From positions 1 to 29,001 of IMG/VR virus record IMGVR_UViG_3300038318_000072: a stretch of 29,001 nucleotides of DNA, one strand, 5' to 3'. The notes under the pieces were generated by a model. It searched no databases. It saw only the letters and a program-made list of their open reading frames with translations, and was not told the origin of the DNA. Positions 16,050 to 23,864 of the stretch are shown here, piece after piece. This DNA comes from a virus (Duplodnaviria > Caudoviricetes). Position 1 is the first letter of the stretch. Each line of letters starts with the position of its first letter. The position numbers and the translations under genes are program-made.

Positions 16050-16434
16050 AATGTCTGATTACTTGGAGAAGAAACTACTTGACCATGTGCTTACAAACAC
16101 CCCATACACACCACCTGAATATGTATATTTAGCCCTATTTACCACTGACCCTACCGATGCTGGGACTGGTACAGAAGTAACGGGCGGGGCTTATGCAAGG
16201 CAGAAAATAACCTTTGGGGCCGCAAGTAGTCCGGGGGGAACTGCAAGCACTACAGCAGATATAGCTTTTCCCGTTGCCACAGCTAATTGGGGAACTGTTA
16301 CCCATGTAGGAATTTACGATGCGGATAATGCGGGTAATCTGCTATTTCATGGGGCTTTAAATACAGCCAGGACAATAAACATTGATAACCAACTGGTAAT
16401 ATTAGCAGGGGAACTTACGGTGATTCTTGATTAA
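16042..16434 (+). CDS. Minor tail/fibre-associated protein
   Basis: MSDYLEKKLLDHVL...VYLALFTTDP...EVTGGAYARQ...FPVATANWGTVTH.GIYDA..GNLL, a widespread phage tail family. Confidence 0.75.
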   Translation: MSKMSDYLEKKLLDHVLTNTPYTPPEYVYLALFTTDPTDAGTGTEVTGGAYARQKITFGAASSPGGTASTTADIAFPVATANWGTVTHVGIYDADNAGNLLFHGALNTARTINIDNQLVILAGELTVILD

Positions 16435-16459
16435 ACCTCTGCATAAGGGGGTTTAACCC

Positions 16460-19105
16460 ATGTATTATTTTTCATACGCCAAGATAAATTATGGCAAATT
16501 CAGTTACCGACCCTATAGTTTGTACCATGAGGGTACTGCTATATTATCCGGTAAAGCTACAATAAACTGCAATTCAACAGTAAGGGTTTATGCAAAAACC
16601 ACATTAACGGCAGGTGCTAGTGTTTCGTGCAATACTGTACTACGGGGCAGACACCGGGGGAGTGTTACTATAACTGCCAATACTGGCCTAACCGTTGATA
16701 GCAAGGTGTTGATTTTAGCAGGCAGTACATTAAAAAGCACTACAACTATAACTGCTAATTCCTTGCTTAAGCATTACCATAAGGCGCATATTAAAGCAAC
16801 AGCCAATATAACTGTAAGCGCAAATGCTATAGCCATTAAAAAAGGTACTGCGCAAATAGCTGCAGCAGCTAATGTTATTGCAAATACGCTTTTAAAGCAG
16901 TATGCAAACAGTCAGATAAAAGCAACTGCAAATTTAGCCAGTAATGCAAAAGTGCTTAAATATGCAAATGTCAGCATTGTTACCAATACTGGCCTAACCA
17001 TAAACACCAAACTTTACGAACGAATACGGGCGAGTTCGCAGGCACGGGCAACAACTGATTTAACGGCAAATACACTACTACGGCATCATGCCAGTCCTTA
17101 TATCAAGTGCAGTTCCGCATTAACCGTTAATGCTAAGTGGATATTTGTAAAACGCAGCAACGGAGACTTAAAAGCGGCTACACGGTTAATTGCCGATAGC
17201 GAGGTATATACGATCGTTAAGGCGAGTGGCGATGTCTGTTGCAAAGCGTTGCTGACCGTTGACTCTTTGGTTAAATCTTACGGGCATTGCAATATACCGA
17301 TTAGTGCCGAATTGATTGTTGGTAACAACATCATGAAGGTGTTGGCAAACACAACGATAAGAGTCCATGCAGACGTAATCACCGATGAAATAGTTACGGC
17401 ATTTGAGCAAGCCATATTAACTAGCAGAGCAACCTTGAAAACAAATAGCATTGTAAGGAAAAACGCAAGCGCTGAACTGACCACTAGCTCGGCCATGGAA
17501 GTGAACAGCATTGTGACAATATACGCAAACGTACTGATAGAAGCCGGGGCAAAAATAAACATTGCCACCAAAAAGGCAATATTAACCGGCTTTGCCGACA
17601 CAGACGCCTACTTCTTCAACTTCGGCGGCAAGTGCTACTTTTACAATGGCTCAGACTATTACTGTTACGATGGCACAACAGTAGGCAAAGTAACTGATAT
17701 TGCTTATGTACCAACAATAACTATGGGACGGGCACCAACGGGTGGCGGTACTGCTTATGAGGACTTGAACTACCTAAGTAACTCCTGGATAGATTCATTC
17801 AGCGGTACGGCAGATGCAGTAGAGTATCACCTATCATTTGCCGGATTAAGCGACACTTTAGTCAAAGTATGGGTAAACGGCGAATTAAAAGAAGAAGTTA
17901 CCGACTTCACAGTAGATCGCCAAACAGGTATAGTAACCTTCCCGGTAGCTCCCGGCGAAGGTACAGACAATATTAAAATACAGGCCGAAAAAGATAATCT
18001 AATGAATCCTGACTATATTTTAAAATGCACTCAAATGGTTATTTACGGTGGCAAAAACGATAACCGGGTATTTGCCTGCCGGGGTAATACGAGATACCAC
18101 AGCGGATTAAATAATCCTACTTATTGGCCTGAGAACAATTACGCGGCTATTACCTCTGATGCGGAGAATTTAGTAGGGTTCGGTAAAATGTATGACTACC
18201 TGATAAACCTAAAAGAGAACAGTATTACCTTTACCACACTTGATACTAACCCTAGTGGGGACGTTATCTTCGCTGTATACCCTCTAAATGACGAATACGG
18301 GTGCTTAGCACCCGACAGCATACAACCGGTAGCCAACGGCCTTATCTTCTTAGCACAAACGAATACAGGCGCACCTGCGGGGGTAGTATTTTTATCGCCT
18401 ACTGCGGTGCGTAATCAGCTTAATGTACGGGTAATTAGTGAAGATATAAATAAATCGGTGCATGTAGGCGTTACCGGGCTAACTGAGTATACAAGAACAG
18501 AACTAGCGGCGGCAAAGTCATATATTCACGATAAAAAGTATTGGCTCAGAGTAGGCGACAGGGTATGGATTTTAGACTTGCGGGAAAGCGATTTTTCCAT
18601 GGGGAAATACTGCTGGTATCCGTATGACGGCCCTGCGTCTAAGGCTAACTGTTTTATGGAGCACGAAGGTAACTTCTATGTAGGTGGAGACACAGGCGGC
18701 ATTATCTACCGGGAGAACGAGGAATTAAACGATATACAGGACGCTATCAATGCCCGTTGGACTTCGCCTATAGTATTTTGCGGTTCCCGAAGCTGGACTA
18801 AGGACTTTGAGGAACTGCATATAGTGTTTGGCCCGCAAGTAAGGGCAAACCATACATTATCCTTTATAACTGACGATGGACAGGAGGACGTACCGCTGGA
18901 AATTGAGGCGGCGAGGGTATTTACTTATGCGGGTATAAGCTATGGCGAATTTACTTATGGCAGTAACCCTTATCCTTCTAAGCAGACTGAATTAGTGGGC
19001 TATTCTGCGGAATACCTACAGTGGATTATCGCCAACAACGAACTTAACCAGGGATTAACCATACTATCGCAGGAATTGGATTATCTCTGGGGAGAAAGGA
19101 GCTGA
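16460..19105 (+). CDS. Fusion of an Ala/Thr-rich repetitive shaft (aa 1-~367) and the remainder of the tail nozzle
   Basis: Abrupt composition change near 17561. Downstream YFYNG...YDG, AYVPT, YWPE, YGCLAP, WYPYD resemble nozzle motifs. Confidence 0.65.
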   Translation: MYYFSYAKINYGKFSYRPYSLYHEGTAILSGKATINCNSTVRVYAKTTLTAGASVSCNTVLRGRHRGSVTITANTGLTVDSKVLILAGSTLKSTTTITANSLLKHYHKAHIKATANITVSANAIAIKKGTAQIAAAANVIANTLLKQYANSQIKATANLASNAKVLKYANVSIVTNTGLTINTKLYERIRASSQARATTDLTANTLLRHHASPYIKCSSALTVNAKWIFVKRSNGDLKAATRLIADSEVYTIVKASGDVCCKALLTVDSLVKSYGHCNIPISAELIVGNNIMKVLANTTIRVHADVITDEIVTAFEQAILTSRATLKTNSIVRKNASAELTTSSAMEVNSIVTIYANVLIEAGAKINIATKKAILTGFADTDAYFFNFGGKCYFYNGSDYYCYDGTTVGKVTDIAYVPTITMGRAPTGGGTAYEDLNYLSNSWIDSFSGTADAVEYHLSFAGLSDTLVKVWVNGELKEEVTDFTVDRQTGIVTFPVAPGEGTDNIKIQAEKDNLMNPDYILKCTQMVIYGGKNDNRVFACRGNTRYHSGLNNPTYWPENNYAAITSDAENLVGFGKMYDYLINLKENSITFTTLDTNPSGDVIFAVYPLNDEYGCLAPDSIQPVANGLIFLAQTNTGAPAGVVFLSPTAVRNQLNVRVISEDINKSVHVGVTGLTEYTRTELAAAKSYIHDKKYWLRVGDRVWILDLRESDFSMGKYCWYPYDGPASKANCFMEHEGNFYVGGDTGGIIYRENEELNDIQDAINARWTSPIVFCGSRSWTKDFEELHIVFGPQVRANHTLSFITDDGQEDVPLEIEAARVFTYAGISYGEFTYGSNPYPSKQTELVGYSAEYLQWIIANNELNQGLTILSQELDYLWGERS

Positions 19106-19109
19106 TTAA

Positions 19110-20234
19110 ATGGCCTTTGAGAAGATGGGGATTTTTACTTTTAACCATGCTGAACAACCGGACGAATTGAACGTTGCGGCTGATATAGCTAAAGCGAATT
19201 TTGATAGCCGGGCAAATGAATTAAAAACAGTGTTAAACAAAGTGGTTGATTTGCTTAATGCTACTACTGATGGGGCGAGTGGGGCTGATAATGTAGGGGC
19301 TACAGCGGTAGACGGCTTAACGGGTACCACGGTGCAAACGATACTCGAAGAACTTAAAACATTGGTAGATGCCAAAGAGACACCTACCGGGGCACAGGCT
19401 AAGGCAAACACGGCAGAGGAGCAGGCAAAGACTTATGCTGATGGGCAGGTAGGAGACCTTGCGGGCGAAGGTAGAACAACTGAAACGGTGAAGGGGAATG
19501 CTGATGCTCATATTGCGCATTTGGCTGATTATGCGTCATTTATTACAAATAATGCAGTAGCACATAATAGTATTTATAGAGGAAAATACTTAGGTTCATC
19601 TGTTACAGCAGAACAATACACAGCCATTAGCTCAGGCACATTCACAGATTTATATATCGGTGATTATTGGACTATAGGAGGAGTGAACTACAGAATTGCC
19701 GCATTTGATTATTACTACAATACTGGTGATACGGCTTGCACAAGTCACCACGTAGTAATTGTACCTGATACGCAATTATACGCTCATGTTATGAATGACA
19801 CGAACATTACAACTGGCGGATACACTGGTTCTAAGATGTACACAGAGGGACTAGAGCAAGCAAAAACAATTATTAATACAGCTTTTAGCGGTCATGTAGT
19901 CAACCATAGGAAATATTTGTGTAATGCTGTAACTAATGGCGCTGCAAGTGGTGGAGCTTGGTTTGACAGCGAAGTCGAATTGATGAATGAAGTTATGGTA
20001 TACGGCTCTATTGTAAATGGTCACGCAACATATGGGCTATACAATATCGGAGCAGAAAAGACACAGCTACCTTTATTTGCCCTTAATCCTAGAACGGTTA
20101 ATACCAGACAAACCTACTGGTTGCGGGATGTATCGTCTGCCGCGAGTTTTGCTTATGTGCGCCACAACGGCCGTGCGAACCACTACTACGCTTCTAGCGC
20201 TTATGGCGTTCGCCCCGCTTTCTCTATATCCTAA
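19110..20234 (+). CDS. Tail fibre/receptor-binding protein with C-terminal CLec-type (DUF6273-like) DGR target domain
   Basis: N-terminal fibre motifs (KETPTGAQAKA); C-terminus YWLRDVSSAASFAYVRHNGRANHYYASSAYGVRPAFSIS. Confidence 0.8.
   Translation: MAFEKMGIFTFNHAEQPDELNVAADIAKANFDSRANELKTVLNKVVDLLNATTDGASGADNVGATAVDGLTGTTVQTILEELKTLVDAKETPTGAQAKANTAEEQAKTYADGQVGDLAGEGRTTETVKGNADAHIAHLADYASFITNNAVAHNSIYRGKYLGSSVTAEQYTAISSGTFTDLYIGDYWTIGGVNYRIAAFDYYYNTGDTACTSHHVVIVPDTQLYAHVMNDTNITTGGYTGSKMYTEGLEQAKTIINTAFSGHVVNHRKYLCNAVTNGAASGGAWFDSEVELMNEVMVYGSIVNGHATYGLYNIGAEKTQLPLFALNPRTVNTRQTYWLRDVSSAASFAYVRHNGRANHYYASSAYGVRPAFSIS
20115..20234 (+). other. DGR variable region (VR)-like segment
   Basis: Variable positions are NNC/NNT codons (TAT, CGC, CAC, AAC, CGT, AAC, CAC, TAC, TAC, AGC, TAT) in an A-free scaffold, ending in GGCGTTCGCCCCG. 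Confidence 0.7.
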
Positions 20235-20516
20235 AATCCAAGCAAGACTATGATTTGCAAGTTATCGGAGTATTGGAGGTATTTACAGATACTGTATTCG
20301 TTAACAGCTACTGGTAGGATTATTAAAAAGATACACCCAAAGAGATTAACCGCAATGAGAAGAAAATTAAAGAAATTGGCTAAAATTTTACCAGAAGAAG
20401 ACTTTGTTAATTATTACAATGCGTGGTTTAAGAACTATTACAAGCTCATGAGTAAACAACAGCGGGAAAATACGAATAAATTATTTCAGGAATTAAGGGA
20501 GGGGTATTATGTATAG
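20235..20516 (+). pseudogene. C-terminal fragment of a DGR-type reverse transcriptase
   Basis: NPSKTMICKLSEYWRYLQILYSLTATGRIIKKIHPKRLTAMRRKLKKL resembles the RT N..KT.i....fL motif and thumb. No YxDD and no clear RBS. Confidence 0.65.
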
Positions 20517-20814
20517 CATAAAACTGGCTGATAGTACGGAATTAAAAGGTTTAGAGTTAAATGGCAATAATTTTATTTCTGATACTATCATTGACGATGA
20601 GGTTTTTAAAAACAATTTAGACACTGTAACTATTACTATTACGAACGAAGAAGGCAGTACGATTTATAACGATATGAAATTGGTACAAAACAAAGTTTAT
20701 GGAACGCAATCATGGTTTATTTTAACCGAAAAAACCGAGGACGAGAAAGAGAAAGAGAGATTACATCAGTTGTTGGCTGACTTAACTGAAGTAGTGCTGC
20801 TAGGAGGTATGTAG
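20509..20814 (+). CDS. Probable tail fibre assembly/chaperone-type protein
   Basis: 101 aa, RBS agggagggg, C-terminal coiled coil followed by an XkdX-like gene. Confidence 0.55.
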   Translation: MYSIKLADSTELKGLELNGNNFISDTIIDDEVFKNNLDTVTITITNEEGSTIYNDMKLVQNKVYGTQSWFILTEKTEDEKEKERLHQLLADLTEVVLLGGM

Positions 20815-20815
20815 T

Positions 20816-20920
20816 ATGTCGGACGCAAAAATAAGATTGTATCGGTTCCTAGTTGAGATGGGAAGGCTCACAGAGGAAGAATTTAGGCAAATTACAGGAG
20901 AAGATTATGCGACAAGTTGA
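20816..20920 (+). CDS. xkdX: XkdX-family small protein
   Basis: MSDAKIRLYRFLVEMGRLTEEEFRQITGEDYATS (V..G.lT.EEf..ITGE.Y); RBS aggaggt. Confidence 0.7.
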   Translation: MSDAKIRLYRFLVEMGRLTEEEFRQITGEDYATS

Positions 20921-21068
20921 TTTGTGTCATGCTCTTTTTGAAATTATTACAAAGCAAGAAGAAGTGGTAAACGAGCAAAATAAGTTAATTGCAAAGTTGA
21001 CAAATGAAAACTTAGAACAGGAGAACATGATAAACACATTGATGCAGTATGAAATTGATGCACAATAG
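20907..21068 (+). CDS. 53 aa coiled-coil protein
   Basis: RBS caggag; MRQVDLCHALFEIITKQEEVVNEQNKLIAKL... Confidence 0.55.
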   Translation: MRQVDLCHALFEIITKQEEVVNEQNKLIAKLTNENLEQENMINTLMQYEIDAQ

Positions 21069-21113
21069 GATAATAATGCGCAACACCTAATCTAACTATC
21101 CAAGCACAAGAAA

Positions 21114-21136
21114 GCACCTTAGCGGGTGTATTTTTT
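21114..21136 (+). terminator. Probable intrinsic terminator
   Basis: gcacct-tagc-gggtgt-atttttt. Confidence 0.55.
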
Positions 21137-21168
21137 GCGCCTATTTTTAACGAAGGGAGTTGATTTAA

Positions 21169-21996
21169 TTGGCATATACCACCTACACAACTACTAGTAA
21201 TCGTCCAGCTGACTACAACCCGGACTACAAAAAACAGTATGACGCGGCAAGGCAATTAGTAGAAGGACGTTATCAGCAGGCCGAAAACAAATCACAAGAG
21301 GAATATTCTGCCTTACAGCCCGCTTATCAAAAAGAACGTGACGCAATTAGCCAGCAGGCGGCACAAACGGGTAGACAGATGGAAAACTACTATGCTAACA
21401 GGGGACTAGACCGTTCAGGCAGTATGGTAGGGGCGAGAGCCAATATAGCCAATACCGGACAGCAGGGTATTAATAATATAAATCAGCAACAGCAGTTAGC
21501 GAGACAGCAACTAACCAACAGGTTAGCAGAATTAAGGCAAGGCAGGGCTACAGACTTAGCCGCACTCGAAGGCCGGGAGGGGCAGGACTTACGCAACTTT
21601 GATTTGCAGCTTGCTCAAATGTTAGGCAATTACGGAGGGCAACAAACACTAGCTGGGCAGAGTACGGCCTTGCAGAACGCATTGGCCGAAGCCGGGGTGA
21701 CAGGTATGTATCAGGGCAAACAAACCTTACCAGCGCAACAACAGGCTTTACAGCAAGCATTAGCCGAGGCTGGTATAACCGGCACATATAAAGGGCAACA
21801 AACACTACCGGCACAACAGCAAACATGGCAACAGCAGTATTATCAAAATCAGGCTAATCAGGCTTATATGGGCATGTTATTAGACTTAATCAATGCACAG
21901 GCACAGCAGACGGGTTCATGGACAATGCCCAAAAACTTTACTTATGGGGACGCCCTTAATGCCTTGCTACAGAAGTATAAGACAGGTGTTTACTAA
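21169..21996 (+). CDS. Probable internal virion/DNA ejection protein (Gln-rich)
   Basis: Helical and Gln/Ala-rich, GLDRSG motif, AGVTG.Y.G.QTL repeats, first of three genes of increasing size. Confidence 0.6.
   Translation: MAYTTYTTTSNRPADYNPDYKKQYDAARQLVEGRYQQAENKSQEEYSALQPAYQKERDAISQQAAQTGRQMENYYANRGLDRSGSMVGARANIANTGQQGINNINQQQQLARQQLTNRLAELRQGRATDLAALEGREGQDLRNFDLQLAQMLGNYGGQQTLAGQSTALQNALAEAGVTGMYQGKQTLPAQQQALQQALAEAGITGTYKGQQTLPAQQQTWQQQYYQNQANQAYMGMLLDLINAQAQQTGSWTMPKNFTYGDALNALLQKYKTGVY
21637..21822 (+). repeat. 78 nt (26 aa) tandem coding repeat, ~2.4 copies
   Basis: GQQTLAGQSTALQNALAEAGVTGMYQ / GKQTLPAQQQALQQALAEAGITGTYK / GQQTLPAQQQ. Confidence 0.85.
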
Positions 21997-22025
21997 TAGC
22001 TCCTGCATGAAGGGAGGTTAAAAAT

Positions 22026-23852
22026 ATGGGATGGTATACAGATAACTTTGGAGATACCGAAAAGAATAGAGAAAGAGATAGGCAGGCCGCAAGCGGCGGC
22101 AGCGCTAAAACAGATACTAAAACTTCTACAAATACTAATACAAGCGGTGGAGGCAGAACTTCTAGCGGTAGAGACAGGGATTACAGCAGTTCACCCGTAA
22201 CAGATATGAGCCAATGGTACAGAGATACTCAGGCGGCACAAGGTGGCAAACCTACCGCAGAACAAGTTAAGGCGGCCATGGATTCTTATCGCGATTATGT
22301 AGCAGGAAAAACTAATCCTAGCAGTGGCAGTATTTACAGTGCGTACGGTGAGAGAATAGGCAATACCGGTACGGGTAGAGGTGGTTATACCGACTTCTCT
22401 AAAAGTGCGGCTAATGCCATAGTTAATCCCGGCTTTGTAAAAACTCCAAGCAATGACTATTCTCAGCGATACTTAACCGCAACTAGTGGATTAGAACCGG
22501 GCTTTGCCGATTATAGTAAACTGCCGGGCATAGCCGATAATTGGTTGCAAGATAACCCTGATTCATTTTGGGATCAGCAAGGACTAGTAGACTTGTGGAA
22601 ATCTAAATATAGTGATATTGGGACAATCCCAGGACTAATGAACAAGTATTCAAATGAATTTGCCGGAGGAGCAGCACCTTCTTTGCAACCATTGGCGCCA
22701 ATCACGCCTTTAGGGACAAGTGCAGGTGCGGTAATAGGTGCGGCTGTACCTGTTAGTGCTAGTGGTAATGTTTTAGGTACAATCGCAGACTACCAAAAAG
22801 CATGGCAGGACGCGTATGCCAGAGGCGATAAAGCAGGCATGGACGCGGCACATGCGGCGGCAGAAGCAACCAGGGCTTCGATGGGTTACTCAGGCGGTGC
22901 GGATGGTTCGCAGTATTTACCCTTAACTCCTGCCGATAATCTTTATACGGAGGCTAATGCTCTTTTAGCCAAAAAGAACCCAGATGACTTATTTCAAACT
23001 AATAACCAATACCTACAGGCTTACCTGGATTCACAAAAAGCATTTTCCGATTACCCGGCTTACGAACCGCCGGAGAGAGAAGAATTTGAGTTTGCGGCTC
23101 CTCCGGTAAGCATAACTAGTAGCGGTGACGATGTTCACATACCTACTTTAGCGGCTAAACAGCAGTGGGAGGCACAGCAGAACGCTATACAAGACAGAGC
23201 TTTACAGCAGTACGGAGTAGACTACGATCGCAATAAAAACATTTACACTACTCAGGCAGACTTACTCAAATTAGCCATGGCAGAACAGCAAAGACAAGAG
23301 GCTGCGGCGGCAGATGCGGTTAGGTGGCAGGCTGAACAGGCTATTAAGGATGAAGAAACCAAATATAACCGGGCATGGAATTTATGGGTAGCGGGTGCCC
23401 CGACAGAAGAAGTATACGCGACACTAGGCATACCGCTGGGCACTAAACCAATTGAACAAATACTAGCAGAAAAAGATGCTGCGTTAAAGGCGTATAAGGC
23501 TTCAATTAGCGGTAGCCGGGGTAGTAGTGGTGGCGGTTCTAGTGGAGGTTCGGGCGGTAGCAGTCTCTATTCTGCGGCTATTAATGAAATGTTGTCCGGG
23601 CAATCTAGACATAGACAGGCTTTGTTGTCAGGCGAAAAACGCAATCCTCACAGTTACAATTACTATGTCTCGCAGGCCATTGAATTAAGCAATAAAACCG
23701 GCAATCCATTAAGCAGGACGGAGATAGACGCATTGCGTAAACAGGCTGACTATCTAGCTTCTACTGACGAAGATTGGGCTAAAACACAAATAGCCTCGGG
23801 GCGATTATCGCAACGCAGGCCGGTTACTAATACTGTTGATGATGATTTGTAA
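22026..23852 (+). CDS. Probable internal virion/ejection protein
   Basis: 608 aa, Gly/Ser low-complexity linkers, MDAAHAAAEATRASMGYSGGADGSQY motif. Confidence 0.6.
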   Translation: MGWYTDNFGDTEKNRERDRQAASGGSAKTDTKTSTNTNTSGGGRTSSGRDRDYSSSPVTDMSQWYRDTQAAQGGKPTAEQVKAAMDSYRDYVAGKTNPSSGSIYSAYGERIGNTGTGRGGYTDFSKSAANAIVNPGFVKTPSNDYSQRYLTATSGLEPGFADYSKLPGIADNWLQDNPDSFWDQQGLVDLWKSKYSDIGTIPGLMNKYSNEFAGGAAPSLQPLAPITPLGTSAGAVIGAAVPVSASGNVLGTIADYQKAWQDAYARGDKAGMDAAHAAAEATRASMGYSGGADGSQYLPLTPADNLYTEANALLAKKNPDDLFQTNNQYLQAYLDSQKAFSDYPAYEPPEREEFEFAAPPVSITSSGDDVHIPTLAAKQQWEAQQNAIQDRALQQYGVDYDRNKNIYTTQADLLKLAMAEQQRQEAAAADAVRWQAEQAIKDEETKYNRAWNLWVAGAPTEEVYATLGIPLGTKPIEQILAEKDAALKAYKASISGSRGSSGGGSSGGSGGSSLYSAAINEMLSGQSRHRQALLSGEKRNPHSYNYYVSQAIELSNKTGNPLSRTEIDALRKQADYLASTDEDWAKTQIASGRLSQRRPVTNTVDDDL

Positions 23853-23864
23853 GGGGGGTTTAGT

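Noticed and set aside
16030-17560. Insert as an intron, IS element or invertible segment
   Set aside because: No terminal repeats, transposase, recombinase or ribozyme core is visible; it encodes ordinary tail-type proteins.
19110-21068. Complete active DGR
   Set aside because: No template repeat, avd or RT catalytic core was seen in the window.
16436-22018. CTGCAT(A/G)A upstream of two RBSs (near 16438 and 22003) as a late promoter motif
   Set aside because: Too short and too few copies to distinguish from chance.
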